The notes under the pieces are model-generated. The model was not told where the DNA came from. It did no database searches and worked only from the letters and a program-made list of their open reading frames with translations. Shown one piece after another: positions 12,186 to 24,149 of a stretch of 64,000 nucleotides of DNA (within the stretch, counting starts at the first letter, position 1; every line of letters begins with the position of its first letter). The stretch is from Lama glama (Eukaryota). A program made the position numbers and the translations under genes. The stretch spans positions 11,658,001 through 11,722,000 of the forward strand of contig CM052816.1 of the NCBI GenBank assembly GCA_028534125.1, given 5' to 3'.

Positions 12186-12480
12186 CACAGCAACTGTTTT
12201 AGTGAAAGGAATCTAATCTTTGATTGGGTTCTGCAGCATAGAAGAACTGACCTTGGTTTCACTACTCTCTTAGACCTAAAAGTTTCACTGGAGTCTGAGC
12301 CACAACACAGACTGAGTTCAAAAAGTGACGCACTTTGTAGTATGAATTATTCACATTAGCTACGTTGACTGCCTGGAATCCCTGCAGCAGTAGTTCTTAA
12401 CCCCTTCCACCATCAGCCCATCATTTTATTAGAGCTTGGCTTTTTATCGAGGCAACTTTTCTGAGAAGAATTTGCTTTGT

Positions 12481-12700
12481 TAATAATAGTTTACATTTCT
12501 GGGCTAAATGTTTTACATATACTAACTTACTGAATATCTATAAATATGTTATGAGATCAATATTATTATCCCCATCTTACGCTGAAAGAACTGATGATCA
12601 CAGAGGTTATGTGACCAATCCAGGTACACATTTAATATATGAAGATTTCACTATTGCACATTGCAGAACTTGAGCTCTTGGTCATACACCATACTGTGAA
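12481..12700 (-). mobile_element. MIR SINE
   Basis: tattattatccccatcttacgctgaaagaactgatgatcacagaggttatgtgac. Confidence 0.7.
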
Positions 12701-12959
12701 TTTGTTTACTTGTTGGCTTATTTATTATCTGCAGTATATTTTAAAAACTTGAGAAGACTGTAGTTGTTTTCTAGACCTAGCCCGTGAGACCAGGCCATAT
12801 ATTACACAGTGCCGAGTCCAACTCCATGGAATTTGTGGAGCCGAAGGAAATAGGCAGAAGTTGGGAGTTAGGTGGTGGTCGATCAAGGTGTGAATCTGCT
12901 TGAGCAGAACATCAGAGGTTAAAGGACAGAGTGGAACTCTTGGCCTCTCTAATTTGTTT

Positions 12960-13075
12960 CTTTAATTCAATCAGTATTTCCTGAGCACCTGCCATGTGCC
13001 ATGCAGTTTGCTAGAAACCAGGGCTACAGACCAGCAAGCATGGCATCCATCCTTGTCTTCATGGAGCTTACAGCC
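12960..13075 (-). mobile_element. L2 3' end
   Basis: attcaatcagtatttcctgagcacctgccatgtgcca...tcatggagcttacagcct. Confidence 0.78.
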
Positions 13076-13250
13076 TGCTGGAGGCTGAACGTTTGTGTCC
13101 TCCCCCCAAATTCATATGTTAAAACCTCATCCCCAGTACGATGGTACTAGGGAGGTATGGTCTCTGGGAGGTGACTAGGTCATGAGGTGGGGCCCTCAAG
13201 AATGGAATTAGTGCCCATGTAAGAGAGACCAGAGAGTGTTCTCGCCCCTT
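13076..13250 (+). mobile_element. MaLR LTR 5' half (MLT1A-like), truncated
   Basis: gctgaacgtttgtgtcctccccccaaattcatatgttaaaacc...gggaggtgactaggtcatgaggtggggccctc. Confidence 0.85.
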
Positions 13251-13467
13251 AGACTTAGGGTTAAGTATAAACCTAGGCTTAGGTTTCTTCTCTCTGCAGA
13301 TAAAAAATTACTGAAACCAATAAATGAGCAATGTAAACTTGGAAACACTAATTACTGTCTTCAAGCTACTTTCCCTATCTATAATGTGGATAATAGTTAT
13401 ACTTGCTGCATTGAAGTATAGTTGTGAAGATTTTATTATTTAGTGCATTGCATATGCCTCGTCCAGA

Positions 13468-13533
13468 GTTCAAACAGTTGTTCAAAATAATTGTTCAAAT
13501 TATTTTGTTCAAATAATTGTTCAAAAAGTTGTT
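13468..13533. repeat. Short degenerate tandem repeat, five GTTCAAA cores with 12-14 nt period
   Basis: GTTCAAA at 13468, 13480, 13493, 13507 and 13519. Confidence 0.85.
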
Positions 13534-14304
13534 GCTATGGAGATTAATAATAATCCTTTCCCACATTTGGGTGGATGAGTATGGCCCCATGTCTACAGGT
13601 CATATACTAGCCAACTGCAAGCAAATAAATAGCTATACTTTTTTTTTTCTTCTATCCTGATTTATCTTGATTGTTAGGATTTTTTCAGGGCATGTAAAAG
13701 TACCCTAGGCTTCATAGATAGGTTTTTTTTCTTTTTGCTTCCTTGATGCTCCATTTCACTATTATCAGTTAGACTGGTTGTGCAGACGATTCCACCTTGT
13801 TTTTAGGTCATCAGAAAATACCAGCTGCGTGGGTACTGGAGCCAAAAATCTTTCCTCTGGCTGCGGCCTCCCTGCCTTTTATTGGAGGGTTTCAGACGTA
13901 TGATAACCACCACATGAAGTCACTTTGACAGTACTTATTCACCGGCTCTGTTGCAGGGGAACACTGAATCAACTTGGATATTTCTTGAATGTGCAGATCA
14001 GTAGCCTAGTTCTTCTTTCCTGAAATCCGGATAAGATTTCTGGACCACTGGCAGAGCTACACAAGCTAGGCTGACACTCCCAAGATGAATTGGATGATTC
14101 AAAGCCAAAACTTGTTTTTGAGCATCCAGCCTGAAAAACTGTTTTTCCACCCCTGTCCTTGCCTTTTTTTTTCTCTATCTGTGTTCACTGGGTGATTTCT
14201 AGAATTGAGACTTCCTCTGAATATGTTCCTTAAGGCCATTCCCACTCAGTGGCTGGGGTTAGCTGCTTGGCCTTGCCTCCAGTTAGCATAGTTGCGTCTG
14301 CAGG

Positions 14305-14470
14305 AAGAAAACTAACATTTGTGTACAAGGCATGGTGCTAGAATATTAATATGATATTAACTTCATGTAACAGATGAAGATCTAGGATCAGACAGATGAA
14401 GTAACTAGTTAGTGGGTGGTAGAGATGGAGTTTGAACCTAGGCCTGCCTCACTCCAAAGCCACTTTACTA
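14305..14470 (-). mobile_element. MIR SINE
   Basis: aacagatgaagatctagg...gtagagatggagtttgaacctaggcctgcctcactccaaagcc. Confidence 0.75.
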
Positions 14471-14745
14471 GAGAAGCAGTGTAGCGTAGTAAGAAGACAG
14501 TCCACGGTCAGGTGCCCGTATCCAGTTGATGATTCTAACGCTTACTGACTGTGAAATCCTAGGCAGGTTACTTAACTGCCTCAGGCCTCAGTTTTCTCAC
14601 CTGTATGATGGGAATCATATTAGTTACCTATGTCAAAGGGTGGTTGTGAGGATTAAAAGGGTAAATATATATGAAGTACCCAGAATAAGTCCTGGCATAA
14701 AGACACATTTGTTAAATAAAAAAAACGTGCTTCTCGCCATTAGAT
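14471..14745 (+). mobile_element. MIR SINE, near full length
   Basis: gcagtgtagcgtagt...ggcaggttacttaactgcctcaggcctcagttttctcacctgta...ggttgtgaggattaaa. Confidence 0.85.
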
Positions 14746-15699
14746 AAATGTATCCGAATTGCCATATTTCTACTTTGGAATCCATGTCATGTGTGTTTTG
14801 TAATGTATGTAAAAATGTTTTTGAGCATGTTTGTTTTTTCTCGATGCTAGAGCCAGAATATGGCAGGCTGGAATTTGAATGTGGGAATTTAATACCCTAA
14901 AGCCAGTGTATTTCCCACTACATCAGGCACAGAATGGGACACTTTGGGCAGTTACAGAAGAAAACATCCCACTAAAAGTATAAACCCTAAAGCTAATATT
15001 CTTACAAGTTTCTTAGACTTTTCAGGGATTACGCATGAGGCATCAGGGATTTTCTTCGCCTATTGAGACTTTAAAATCAAATATGATTTCAAGTAAAAGT
15101 CCAGGGACAATACATATATACTTGTATTCACTAGAGATTTCTCATTTCCATTTTTGTCTCTTGCCCTTAACAAAAGTTTCTCTTTTCTCACTCATTTTAA
15201 CTCCCTTATCTTTTGTTGTTACAATAAGAGGTTTTAAATATTTTTAACTGGTCACATATAAGCCATCTTTTAATGACTGCATCAGTTCTGAATCAGTATG
15301 CTATAAATAAGCACAAAAAACTGGAATAAATTTCATTAGCAAGTAAACATAATGCATATCACAGAACACTTCACATAAATTCCCTTCTGTGCTTGTCAAG
15401 CAAGGACTCGAGAAGTGCTTGTCTCTGCAAGCTGCATCAGGACTCATAAATTGCCTCACAGAATGAGGAAATATTCAGCAAACACAGATAATTAATAACC
15501 ACGTTCCCAAGAGACTGAAATGGAGCTCCCATACACTCAGAGTTAAGGAAAAGTGCTTGTCCTTGTACTGTCCTTGAAGGCTCTGCCACTGGGCACCATA
15601 AACAGGCGAAAGGGGCTCAGTCTGGTGGGGAAAAGAGATACATATGCTCCAAACTCCTCATCTTACTTGTGTGTGTGGTAGTGATGTTTTTCCTTTCTG

Positions 15700-16231
15700 G
15701 AACAGATGCTTCATATTTCTGGAAATAACCCCTCCCCCATCTTCTTTTAATGAACCCCATCACCCCCACTTTCAGTCTGTGTGGTTTGAATGGAGTTGGT
15801 TTCCCCTCCTGCTTTAGTGGTAGAGTCTGACTCAGACCTGGAAAGTGAGCAAATTCTGTCCCCTTGACCACAATGCTTGGTCCAGAAGTTGGTAGATGAT
15901 CCAAGACAGGCCAGTAAGACTCAGTTCTGGGCTTTCTATGGGAACTATTAAGGAAGAAAACTCCCTGTAGACTTGCTGCTCGAGCAGCCCCAAGTGCTTG
16001 GAATTAAGTCAACACAAAGAAAAATGCCTCACAGTGCAGGAATCATCCATGAGGACATCATTGAAAGCCTTGATCCAGTCATGTCTGAAGACTCTTTATT
16101 TCCAAACTTTTCATTAACATAAGGGAATGGTATATTCCTTTTTTGAAGTTACTGATTTGGTGTTTTTCTCATTTCTTAAGCCAGTTTGAATTGGTTCCCA
16201 TCACTTGCAATGAAAGGGTTCTCATGAATAA
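15700..16231 (+). mobile_element. Old MaLR LTR (MLT1K/L-like)
   Basis: gacatcattgaaagccttgatccagtcatgtctgaag...cttaagccagtttgaattgg...tcacttgcaatgaaagggttct. Confidence 0.7.
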
Positions 16232-16239
16232 GACTGTGA

Positions 16240-16700
16240 TATAAAAAGTGCTATCATAGTCATGAACAAAAGGTCTTGGGGTATCCTGGATGGACAGACT
16301 AAGGAGTGACATTTGAATCGACCTTTGAAGGATGCGTAAATTTCCACAAGGGGAGTAGGGTAAGCGAAACCTTTTTCAGAGAAAAAGAGTAACATGTGCC
16401 AAGAGGAAGGGCAGTTCAAGGAGTGTGAGAAATTTGGGGTGACCAGGGCACAGTATTATGGTGAGGAGTGATGAATGAAGCAGCTGGAGAAACAGGCTGG
16501 AGCTTGGTTGTTTAGGGCATTACACACTGTATGAAAGACCCTGGACAGTGTGAGCCATAGGACGAAGGATGTCTCAGATGTTCCTGTTAGATTACCGACT
16601 GTGGTGAAGAATGGGGTATGCATGGGAGTGTGGGGACCTGCAGGCAGGAAAGCTGGTTTGGAGACTTATGACAAGAGCTCAGGAAAGAAAGAAAATATTC
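16240..16700 (-). mobile_element. L2 fragment
   Basis: ggagtgacatttgaatcgacctttgaaggatgcgta...gctggagaaacaggctggagc. Confidence 0.65.
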
Positions 16701-17949
16701 AGACTGAAATCGGTAAGCGTATGGCATAATTAGCTGTCTTGTCCTAATCCTGCGTCTAAAGCAGATATTGCTCATGGATCACCCCCTTCCCAACTTATTA
16801 TTAGTACAATGTTCCAGATAGCTGTTTCCAATCATTTTTTGATACTGCCACTCAATTTGAAATCTACATGCTCTTCTGGACCATCCAGTAAATAGTCGAC
16901 ATTAATACTGTGATGAGACTAGATTTCTCTTGGGTTGACTCTTGCTTTAGGTTCTTCAAATTGTATCATAGAACTAAAGCTCTTCTTTGGCTTCTGAAAG
17001 TAAGTGGCCGAGTGTTTAACAGCAAGAAAAATATTTTGAGTGAATTCGCAGCCTGCAAGGGAGGCTGCACCTTTTCTCAGTGCAAACAATAGCTCTAGCC
17101 CAGCAACCAAAACAAAGTTGACGGATTCTGTGGAGGCCACTGCCTGGCTCAGGCTGCTTTTAATGGGATGTGAAGCGTGTGTGTTTCCTTGAGATCACGG
17201 CTTTAAATCTGACCTGTGGCCATAAGAACCGCCATCTGACAGCTCCTTGGCAGCCGCTGTGAAATGAGTTATGGGTCTCTGGACCATTGCTAGTAGCATG
17301 AGTCCACTTCAGCAAAGCCATTCTGGAGTTACTGCTGGAGAGGGAGTGCTAACCTGAAAGGCAAAGGAATAAATGGACACAGAGCTGCTCCATCCACCCG
17401 TCAAAAAAGGTTTCCCACAGGCACCTCAAGGCCCATTGGGTTAAAGGGTACAGTCAGTATTCGCTGGAGAAAGGACACTGTCGGGCAGTGGTGGGTGTGT
17501 TCCTCTGCCAGCTCAGAGATGTGCATTCACAAAGCAGGAAGCTGAATGGCTGTGCAGTTAAGAGCAGTGGCCTTCCCCCTGGATAGCAGAGAGGAGCTGT
17601 TTCCCCCAGATCTGTCAGATAAGGATCTTTACAGTCACATCAAGTTTGCATTTTCATCAAAGAGAAATTCTTCACTTGGACAGACCCAGAGGCCACGTAA
17701 GAAGGAACCTGGGTCTTGGATGTAAAGGTTTGAACTTCTGAAGGTTCCCCTCATTCTGCTTGTTAGTACAATCTTGTTCTTGCTGCTCATATGGAAAGGA
17801 GAATATACAATTATTTGGGAGAAATCTAGCGTTTTTTTAAAAAAGAAAAGTGGATCTAAAGCAGAGGAACAGTTAGGGATTTCAAAAGCCTGTCAATATC
17901 TGTGTTTTCAGAAATTCAAAGAAAACCTCGATGTAATATATGTAAAAGG

Positions 17950-18160
17950 AATGACCATTTTTCAAGCAAGAACAATGTGCCAGCCCTTTGTGTGTATGCT
18001 CTCCTTTGCATTCCTCAGCCCTGAGAGGTACTTACCGTTATTTCCTTAATTCTACAAATGAAGTAACTGAGAGTTTAAAGGAGTAACTTACCGAGGCTAC
18101 TCGCCTTGAAGTGATGGAGCCTGGATTTAATCACACATCTGCTGTTTTCACTCTACTCTG
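17950..18160 (-). mobile_element. MIR SINE
   Basis: atgtgccag...ctgagaggtac...tacaaatgaagtaactgagag...gatggagcctggattt. Confidence 0.72.
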
Positions 18161-18234
18161 ATACCTTGGTAGAGAAAATGGCTTGAGCCAGAACAGCTAC
18201 CTCAACCAGGATGAAATGAAATGACTTATAAGTA

Positions 18235-18460
18235 CCCAGAAATGATGGGTACTAGGCATTCTACTGAGCACTTTGTAGGCACTCCCTTAATGAATCCTCA
18301 GAATAACACTATGCTTTGGGTTCTGTTACTTACCTATATTACAGATGAGGACATTTAGAGAATCTAGTAACTTGCCAAAGCCTCCCAGCCAAGAAGTGAT
18401 GGAGCTGGGGTTAGGAGTCTGGTCCACCTTACTCCAAAGCACATCCTCTTAACCACTAAA
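18235..18460 (-). mobile_element. MIR SINE
   Basis: aatcctcagaataacactatg...ttacagatgagg...agtaacttgcc...ctccaaagcacatcctcttaaccacta. Confidence 0.78.
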
Positions 18461-18464
18461 GCCG

Positions 18465-18848
18465 GTGTCATACATAGACCTGTTAATAGAGGCACATGAG
18501 ATTATTTTAGGGGGCCTGTGAACAAATACATTTTAAAAGTACTTATTTCAAGGGAGGGAAATAGCTCAGTGGTAGAGTGCATGCTTAGCATATATGAGGT
18601 CCTAGGTTCAATCCCCAGTACCTCCATTAAAAAAAATAGAAAAGTAGTTATTTCTTATTTAAATTAATGCAGGACAGAGTGCCTTTCCAGTGGCAGTAAT
18701 ACTGTTCTTCTATTTTAAAATGGATTTATTTAAATTAAAAAGTGAGTTGATTTAAATAAAATATTAAGTGAGTAATAATGTGGCACATGGATATGGAAAA
18801 ATGGTCCAGGTGATTGGTGAAAGACTGAAGTTTGGGGGGTCACCAGTG
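18465..18848. mobile_element. hAT-Charlie-type non-autonomous DNA transposon, host of the SINE at 18550
   Basis: gatttatttaaattaaaaagtgagttgatttaaataaaatattaag...gactgaagtttgggg recalls Charlie-family MITEs. Subfamily uncertain. Confidence 0.55.
18550..18639 (+). mobile_element. Vic-1-type camelid SINE (tRNA-Ala-derived)
   Basis: A-box tagctcagtggtagag, cttagca anticodon-like loop, B-box ggttcaatcc, A-tail. 15-nt TSD aaaagta(c/g)ttatttc at 18535-18549 and 18640-18654, at a TTTT/AAAA site. Confidence 0.92.
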
Positions 18849-19939
18849 TGCTATGCTGCCTTTCAGGGGTGTCTCAGCCTGCTCTAAGCTGCAGAGTGGG
18901 AGAAGCAGTGAAGTACTGTGCATGGGGCTGCAGGTACAACCCAGGATGGGGAGTGCCTTTCCAGAGTCAGGAGGAACCCTGCTGCATGGGAGGCCTTGAA
19001 AGAAAATGCAGATCTTCCTGTTAGCTCATTGCCCTGGGCTCTTGAATATTCCATCCTGTGGGCAGGTGAACACGTTTACTCTGTTTCACTTTTAAATTCT
19101 ACCCAAACGTCCCCAGTCAGTTTAAGTCGCTCCTCCTCTGTGAAGCTTTCCTCAGAATCCGAATTGCTTTAACTGTACCAAGAAAACCTGCCTCTTCACA
19201 GTACTGTTTGGAAACGGGCTATTACAGTTACTCTGTTAATTGTGACTTGGAATAACAAATATACTTCACATCATGTACTAACTCTGAAGGAGAGGATAGT
19301 GGCTATTTAAGTGCTGCATTGGAGAGGCTTCTGAGATTGCTTGTGAGATCCACAGAAAAGGACACTGATCAATTAGTAATGTCTGTCATGTGGCAGGTTA
19401 GGAGAAGAGGCATGCATGCTACACATTTGTCACCCTGATTCCTGATTCTCCAACCAGATGATGGCTCTTGTTCCATGGCTGCTTTGTGCGTGATACTTCC
19501 CTCAGAACATAAATGTGTTTATAGACTCACTGGTTCTCTCATTTCTCCTTTTCTGTGTGTGTGTGTGTGTTCTAAGAATTCCAATGTATTTTATTTATTT
19601 TTTTCACTTTTTAATTTTTTTTATTGAATTATAGTCAGTTTACAATGTTGTGTCAATTTCTGGTGTACAGTACAATTCTTCAGTTATATATAAATATACA
19701 TATATTCCTTTTCATAATTCTTTTTCACCATAAGCTACTACAAGTTATCAAATATAGTTACCTGTGCTATACAGTATAAACTTGTTTATCTATTTTATAT
19801 ATACCAGTCAGTATCTGCAAATCTCGAACTCCCGGTTTATCCCTTCCCACCCCTTTCCCCCTGGTAACCATAAGTTTGTTTTCTATGTCTGTGAGTTTGT
19901 TTCTGTTTTATATATAAGTTCATTTGTCTCTTTTTTTTT

Positions 19940-21658
19940 AAGATTACAAATATGAGTGATATCATATGGTATTTTTCTTTCTCCTTCTGGCTTACTTCAC
20001 TTAGAATGACATTCTCCAGGGCCATCCATGTTGCTGCAAATGGCGTTATTTTATCATTTTTATGGCTGAGTAGTATTCCATAGTTTAAATATATCACGTC
20101 ATCTTTATCCAGGCATCTGTTGATGGACATTTAGGTTCTTTCCATGTCTTGGCTATTGTAAATAGTTTTGCTATGAACATTGGGGTGCAGGTGTCTTTTT
20201 GAATTAAGGTTCCCTCTGGATGTATATCCAGGAGTGGAATTGTGGGGTCATATGGTAAGTCTATTTTTAGTCTTTTGAGGAATCTCCATACTGTTTTCCA
20301 CAATGGCTGCACCAAACTGCATTCCCACCAACAGTGTAGGAGGGTTCCCTTTTCTCCATAGCCTGTCCAGCATTTATCGTTTGTGGACTTTTGAATGATG
20401 GCCATTCTGTCTGGTGTGAGGTGATACCTCATTGTAGTTTTGATTTGCATTTCTCTGATAATTAATGATACTGAGCATTTTTCCATGTGCCTGTTGGCCA
20501 TTCATATGTCTTCACTGGAGAATTTGCTTGTTTAGGTCTTCTGCCCATTTTTGGATTGGGTTGTTTGTTTTTTTCTTAAGTCTTATGAGCTGTTTATATA
20601 GTCTGGAAATCAAGCCCTTGTCAGTCTCATCTTTTCCAAACATTTTCTCCCATCCTGTAGGTTGTTGTTTTGTTTTGCTTATGGATTCCTTTGCTGTGCA
20701 AAAGATTGTAAGTTTAACTAGGTCCCATTTGTTTATTTTGCTTTTATTTCTATTGCTTGGGTAGACTGCTCTAGGAGAACACTGCTAAGATATATGTCAG
20801 ATAGTGTTTAGCCTATGTTTTCTTCTAGGAGATTTATTGTGTCTTGTCTTATGTTTAAGTCTTTAATACATTTTGAATTTATTTTTGTGTATGGTGTCAT
20901 GGAGTATTCTAATTTCATTGATTTACATGCAGCTGTCCAGTTTTCCCAACACCATTTGCTGAAGAGATAGTCTTTATTCCACTGTATGTTCTTGCCTCCT
21001 TTGTCAAAGATTAATTGACCAAAATTTTGTGGGTTCATTTCTGGGCTCTCTAGTCTGTTCCATTGGCCCATATGTCTGTTTTTGTACCAGTATTATACTG
21101 TTACTATAGCTCTGTAGTATTGTCTGAAGTCTGGGAGGGTTATTCCTCTAGCTTCCATCGTTTTCTTCAGTGGTCCTTTGGCAATTCTGGGTCGCCTGTG
21201 ATTCCATATAAATTTTAAGATTATTTGTTCTAGTTCTGTGAAAAATGTCCTGGGTAATTTGATAGGGATTGCATTAAATCTGTAGATTGCCTTGGGCAGT
21301 ATGGCCATTTTAACAATATTGATTCCTATAAACCAAGAGCATGGGGTATGTTTCCATTTCTTTAAGTTTTCTTTAATTTCCTTAATCAATGTTTTGTAGT
21401 TTTCCATGTATATATTTATTCCTAGGTATTTTCTTACTTTGGGTGCTATTTTAAAAGGGATTGTTTCTTTACTTTCTTTTCCTGTTAGTGTAAAGAAATG
21501 AAACTGATTTTTGGACACTAATCTTGTATCCTGCTACCTTGCTGAATTCTTTAATTAGCTCTAGTAGTTTTTTTGTGGAGCTTTTAGGGTTTTCTACTTA
21601 TAGTATCATGTCATCTGCATATAGGGATGATTATTGGTAGATGTGTGTTTATTGACAT
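19940..21658 (-). pseudogene. Degenerate L1 ORF2: first ~11 codons fused to the YADD motif onward; frameshifted
   Basis: ATG at 21658-21656 reads [19 protein letters not shown] follows immediately (YADD at 21610-21621); C-terminal fragments at 21093-21518, 20808-21071, 20094-20501. Confidence 0.88.
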
Positions 21659-22049
21659 TTTGAACTGAGTTTTGAGGTTGATTTGGTTTTTCCTCTTTGT
21701 TCCTTTCTTTATCTTTTTGTGGTTTGATAATTTTCCTTTGTATTATCTTGGTCTCTTTTTAGTTTTTGTGACTCTATTGTAAGCTTTAGTCCTGTGATTA
21801 CCCTGTTTTGTACATATATTAACCCATTACTATATCTGTTTTAAGCTGATAGTAATACAAGCTCAAATCCATCCTACTGAGAGAAAAAAAAAACTTTGTA
21901 TTTTCTGGCTCCCCTCTGCCGCTGTTAATGATTTAGATGGTCTCTTTTACAACTTGATGTTTATTCTGTTGTAATTCACTGTAATTATCACCTTTCCAAT
22001 TATGGTTTTCTCCTTTGTGTGGCATCCTGCATTTTTTCTATTTAGAGTA

Positions 22050-22921
22050 GTCCTTTCAAAATTTCTTTTAGCTTAGGTTTAGTGTTGCTAAATTCTTGCT
22101 TGTCTGTGAAGTTATCTTTCCTTCTATTCCAAAGGATAGCCTTGCTGGATAAAGTGTCCTAGGCTGTATCTTTTTCTCATTTGGGACTTTGAATATATCT
22201 TGCCACTCCCTTCTGGCCTGCAGTGTTTGTGTAGAGAAATCAGCTGAGAGCCTTATGGGATTTCCCTTGTAACTAACTCTTTGCTTTTCTCTTTCTGCCT
22301 TTAAGATCATTTCTTTATCCTTAACCCTGGCCATCCTGATCATAATATATGTCTTGGTGTGGGTCTATTTGGGTTCTTCTTGTTTGGGACCCTCTGTGCT
22401 TCCTGTACTTGAATATCTGATTCCTTCTTTAGGTTTGGGAAGTTTTCAGTCATGATTTCTTGAAATACCTTTTCTATCCCCTTTGGTCTTTCTTCTCCTT
22501 ATGGGACCCCTATTACATGTAGGCTGGTATCCTTTATATTATCCCATAGGTCCCTTGTATTGTTTTCACTAGTTTTTATTTTTCTCTCTGCTGTTCTGAT
22601 TAGGTAACTTCTGTTATCCTGTCTTCTAGGTCACTTATTCATTCCTCCGCATTATCTAGCCTGCTTTTACAATCTTTAGCTCAGCTCTTATCTCAGCAAA
22701 TGAGTTTTCCATTTTTAATTGGCTCCTTTTTATAGTTTCAATTTCCTTTTTGACATATTCTCTGTCTCTATTCACAATCTCTTTTAGTTCCTTCAGTACT
22801 TTGATCACTCCTGTTTTTGAAATCATGGATCTAGTAGACTATCAAGGACCATTTCATTGATCGTTCTTTCAGGGGATTTCTCTTGTTCTTTTAATTGGGA
22901 GTGGTTCCTCTGCTTCTTCAT
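22050..22921 (-). pseudogene. Degenerate L1 ORF1p
   Basis: Probable start ATG at 22921 (MKKQRNHSQLKEQEKSPER); C-terminal fragment at 22068-22343. Confidence 0.85.
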
Positions 22922-23177
22922 TTTACTTGTATCTCTCTGGCATTATGGGTTATGGAGTGTCAGTTATCTACTGTGGTCCTGAAGGGGTTTATTTATTTAT
23001 TTATCTAAAGCAGATTGCAGAAATAAAACTGAAAAATAATTTAAAAGAAGAAAAAAAGATTTGAAAACAGTATAATCAATAACAAGAACAAAATGAAGAG
23101 AAATGAAAATCAAATTGAGATAAATTTATATATATAAATTGAAGGGATTAAAAATAAAAAAATTAAAAAAATCTTAA

Positions 23178-23677
23178 NNNNNNNNNNNNNNNNNNNNNNN
23201 NNNNNNNNNNNNNNNNNNNNNNNNNNNNNNNNNNNNNNNNNNNNNNNNNNNNNNNNNNNNNNNNNNNNNNNNNNNNNNNNNNNNNNNNNNNNNNNNNNNN
23301 NNNNNNNNNNNNNNNNNNNNNNNNNNNNNNNNNNNNNNNNNNNNNNNNNNNNNNNNNNNNNNNNNNNNNNNNNNNNNNNNNNNNNNNNNNNNNNNNNNNN
23401 NNNNNNNNNNNNNNNNNNNNNNNNNNNNNNNNNNNNNNNNNNNNNNNNNNNNNNNNNNNNNNNNNNNNNNNNNNNNNNNNNNNNNNNNNNNNNNNNNNNN
23501 NNNNNNNNNNNNNNNNNNNNNNNNNNNNNNNNNNNNNNNNNNNNNNNNNNNNNNNNNNNNNNNNNNNNNNNNNNNNNNNNNNNNNNNNNNNNNNNNNNNN
23601 NNNNNNNNNNNNNNNNNNNNNNNNNNNNNNNNNNNNNNNNNNNNNNNNNNNNNNNNNNNNNNNNNNNNNNNNNNNNN
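23178..23677. other. Assembly gap (500 N)
   Basis: Run of exactly 500 N, probably a fixed-size scaffold placeholder. Confidence 0.99.
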
Positions 23678-23955
23678 TGCCAGACAAGTAACTCCCTAGG
23701 GGTCACACTTTACCAATGACTGATGGGCGTTAGTGTATAAATATCCAACTCTCTTTTCCCTGGGGTGAAATAATTTTTAGTTGCATGGTCGACACTGCTT
23801 ACAGAGTTCCCCAGTAGGGTTAAACTTCTGTTGCCTAATGTGGGAGCTTATTTAATAAGCTTTGTTGCCATTTCTTTCCTAGCTTCCTCACTCTCCCATG
23901 TGTGTTTTCTAGGATCACCTCTCAATAGGGTACTTGCACTCAGCTGCCTCAGAGA
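23678..23955 (+). mobile_element. ERVL LTR16-like LTR fragment
   Basis: accaatgactgatggg...gtataaatatccaactc...cagagttccccagtagggttaa...ggatcacctctcaatagggtacttgcactca. Confidence 0.72.
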
Positions 23956-24149
23956 ATGTAGAGTCACTGAGCTCAGGTGCCCCTCAGTCTCTCAAACACC
24001 TTGTCTGGATCAGCAAACTCTCCCAGTGTAAAAGTGCATCTGATTCCTGGATTTACTTGTCGGATTCATGCTTTCTATTAGATTTGTTCAGTAATGTATT
24101 ACTCTCTTGTTATCTCATTAATACTGGGTAAAAGCTTTTCATAACCAAT

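Larger units (their letters stand above)
19588..23177 (-). mobile_element. Camelid-type L1 with 5'UTR part, ORF1, spacer, internally deleted ORF2 and 3'UTR; runs into the assembly gap
   Basis: ORF track fragments match L1 ORF2 C-terminus ([45 protein letters not shown]) and ORF1 (PIRLSADFSTQTLQARREWQDIFK). Confidence 0.95.

Noticed and set aside
13249..13284. Telomere-like hexamers (ttagac ttaggg ttaagt...ttaggt) at the MLT1A breakpoint
   Set aside because: Only one exact TTAGGG; the stretch reads better as a decayed MIR core (gaccttgggcaagttacttaacc...cagtttcctcatctgtaaa).
18550..18630. Apparent tRNA-Ala gene
   Set aside because: The A-tail, 15-nt TSD, degraded stems and two further dispersed copies show it is a SINE.
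23110..23706. ORFs of 198 and 174 aa
   Set aside because: Artefacts of translating through the N gap.
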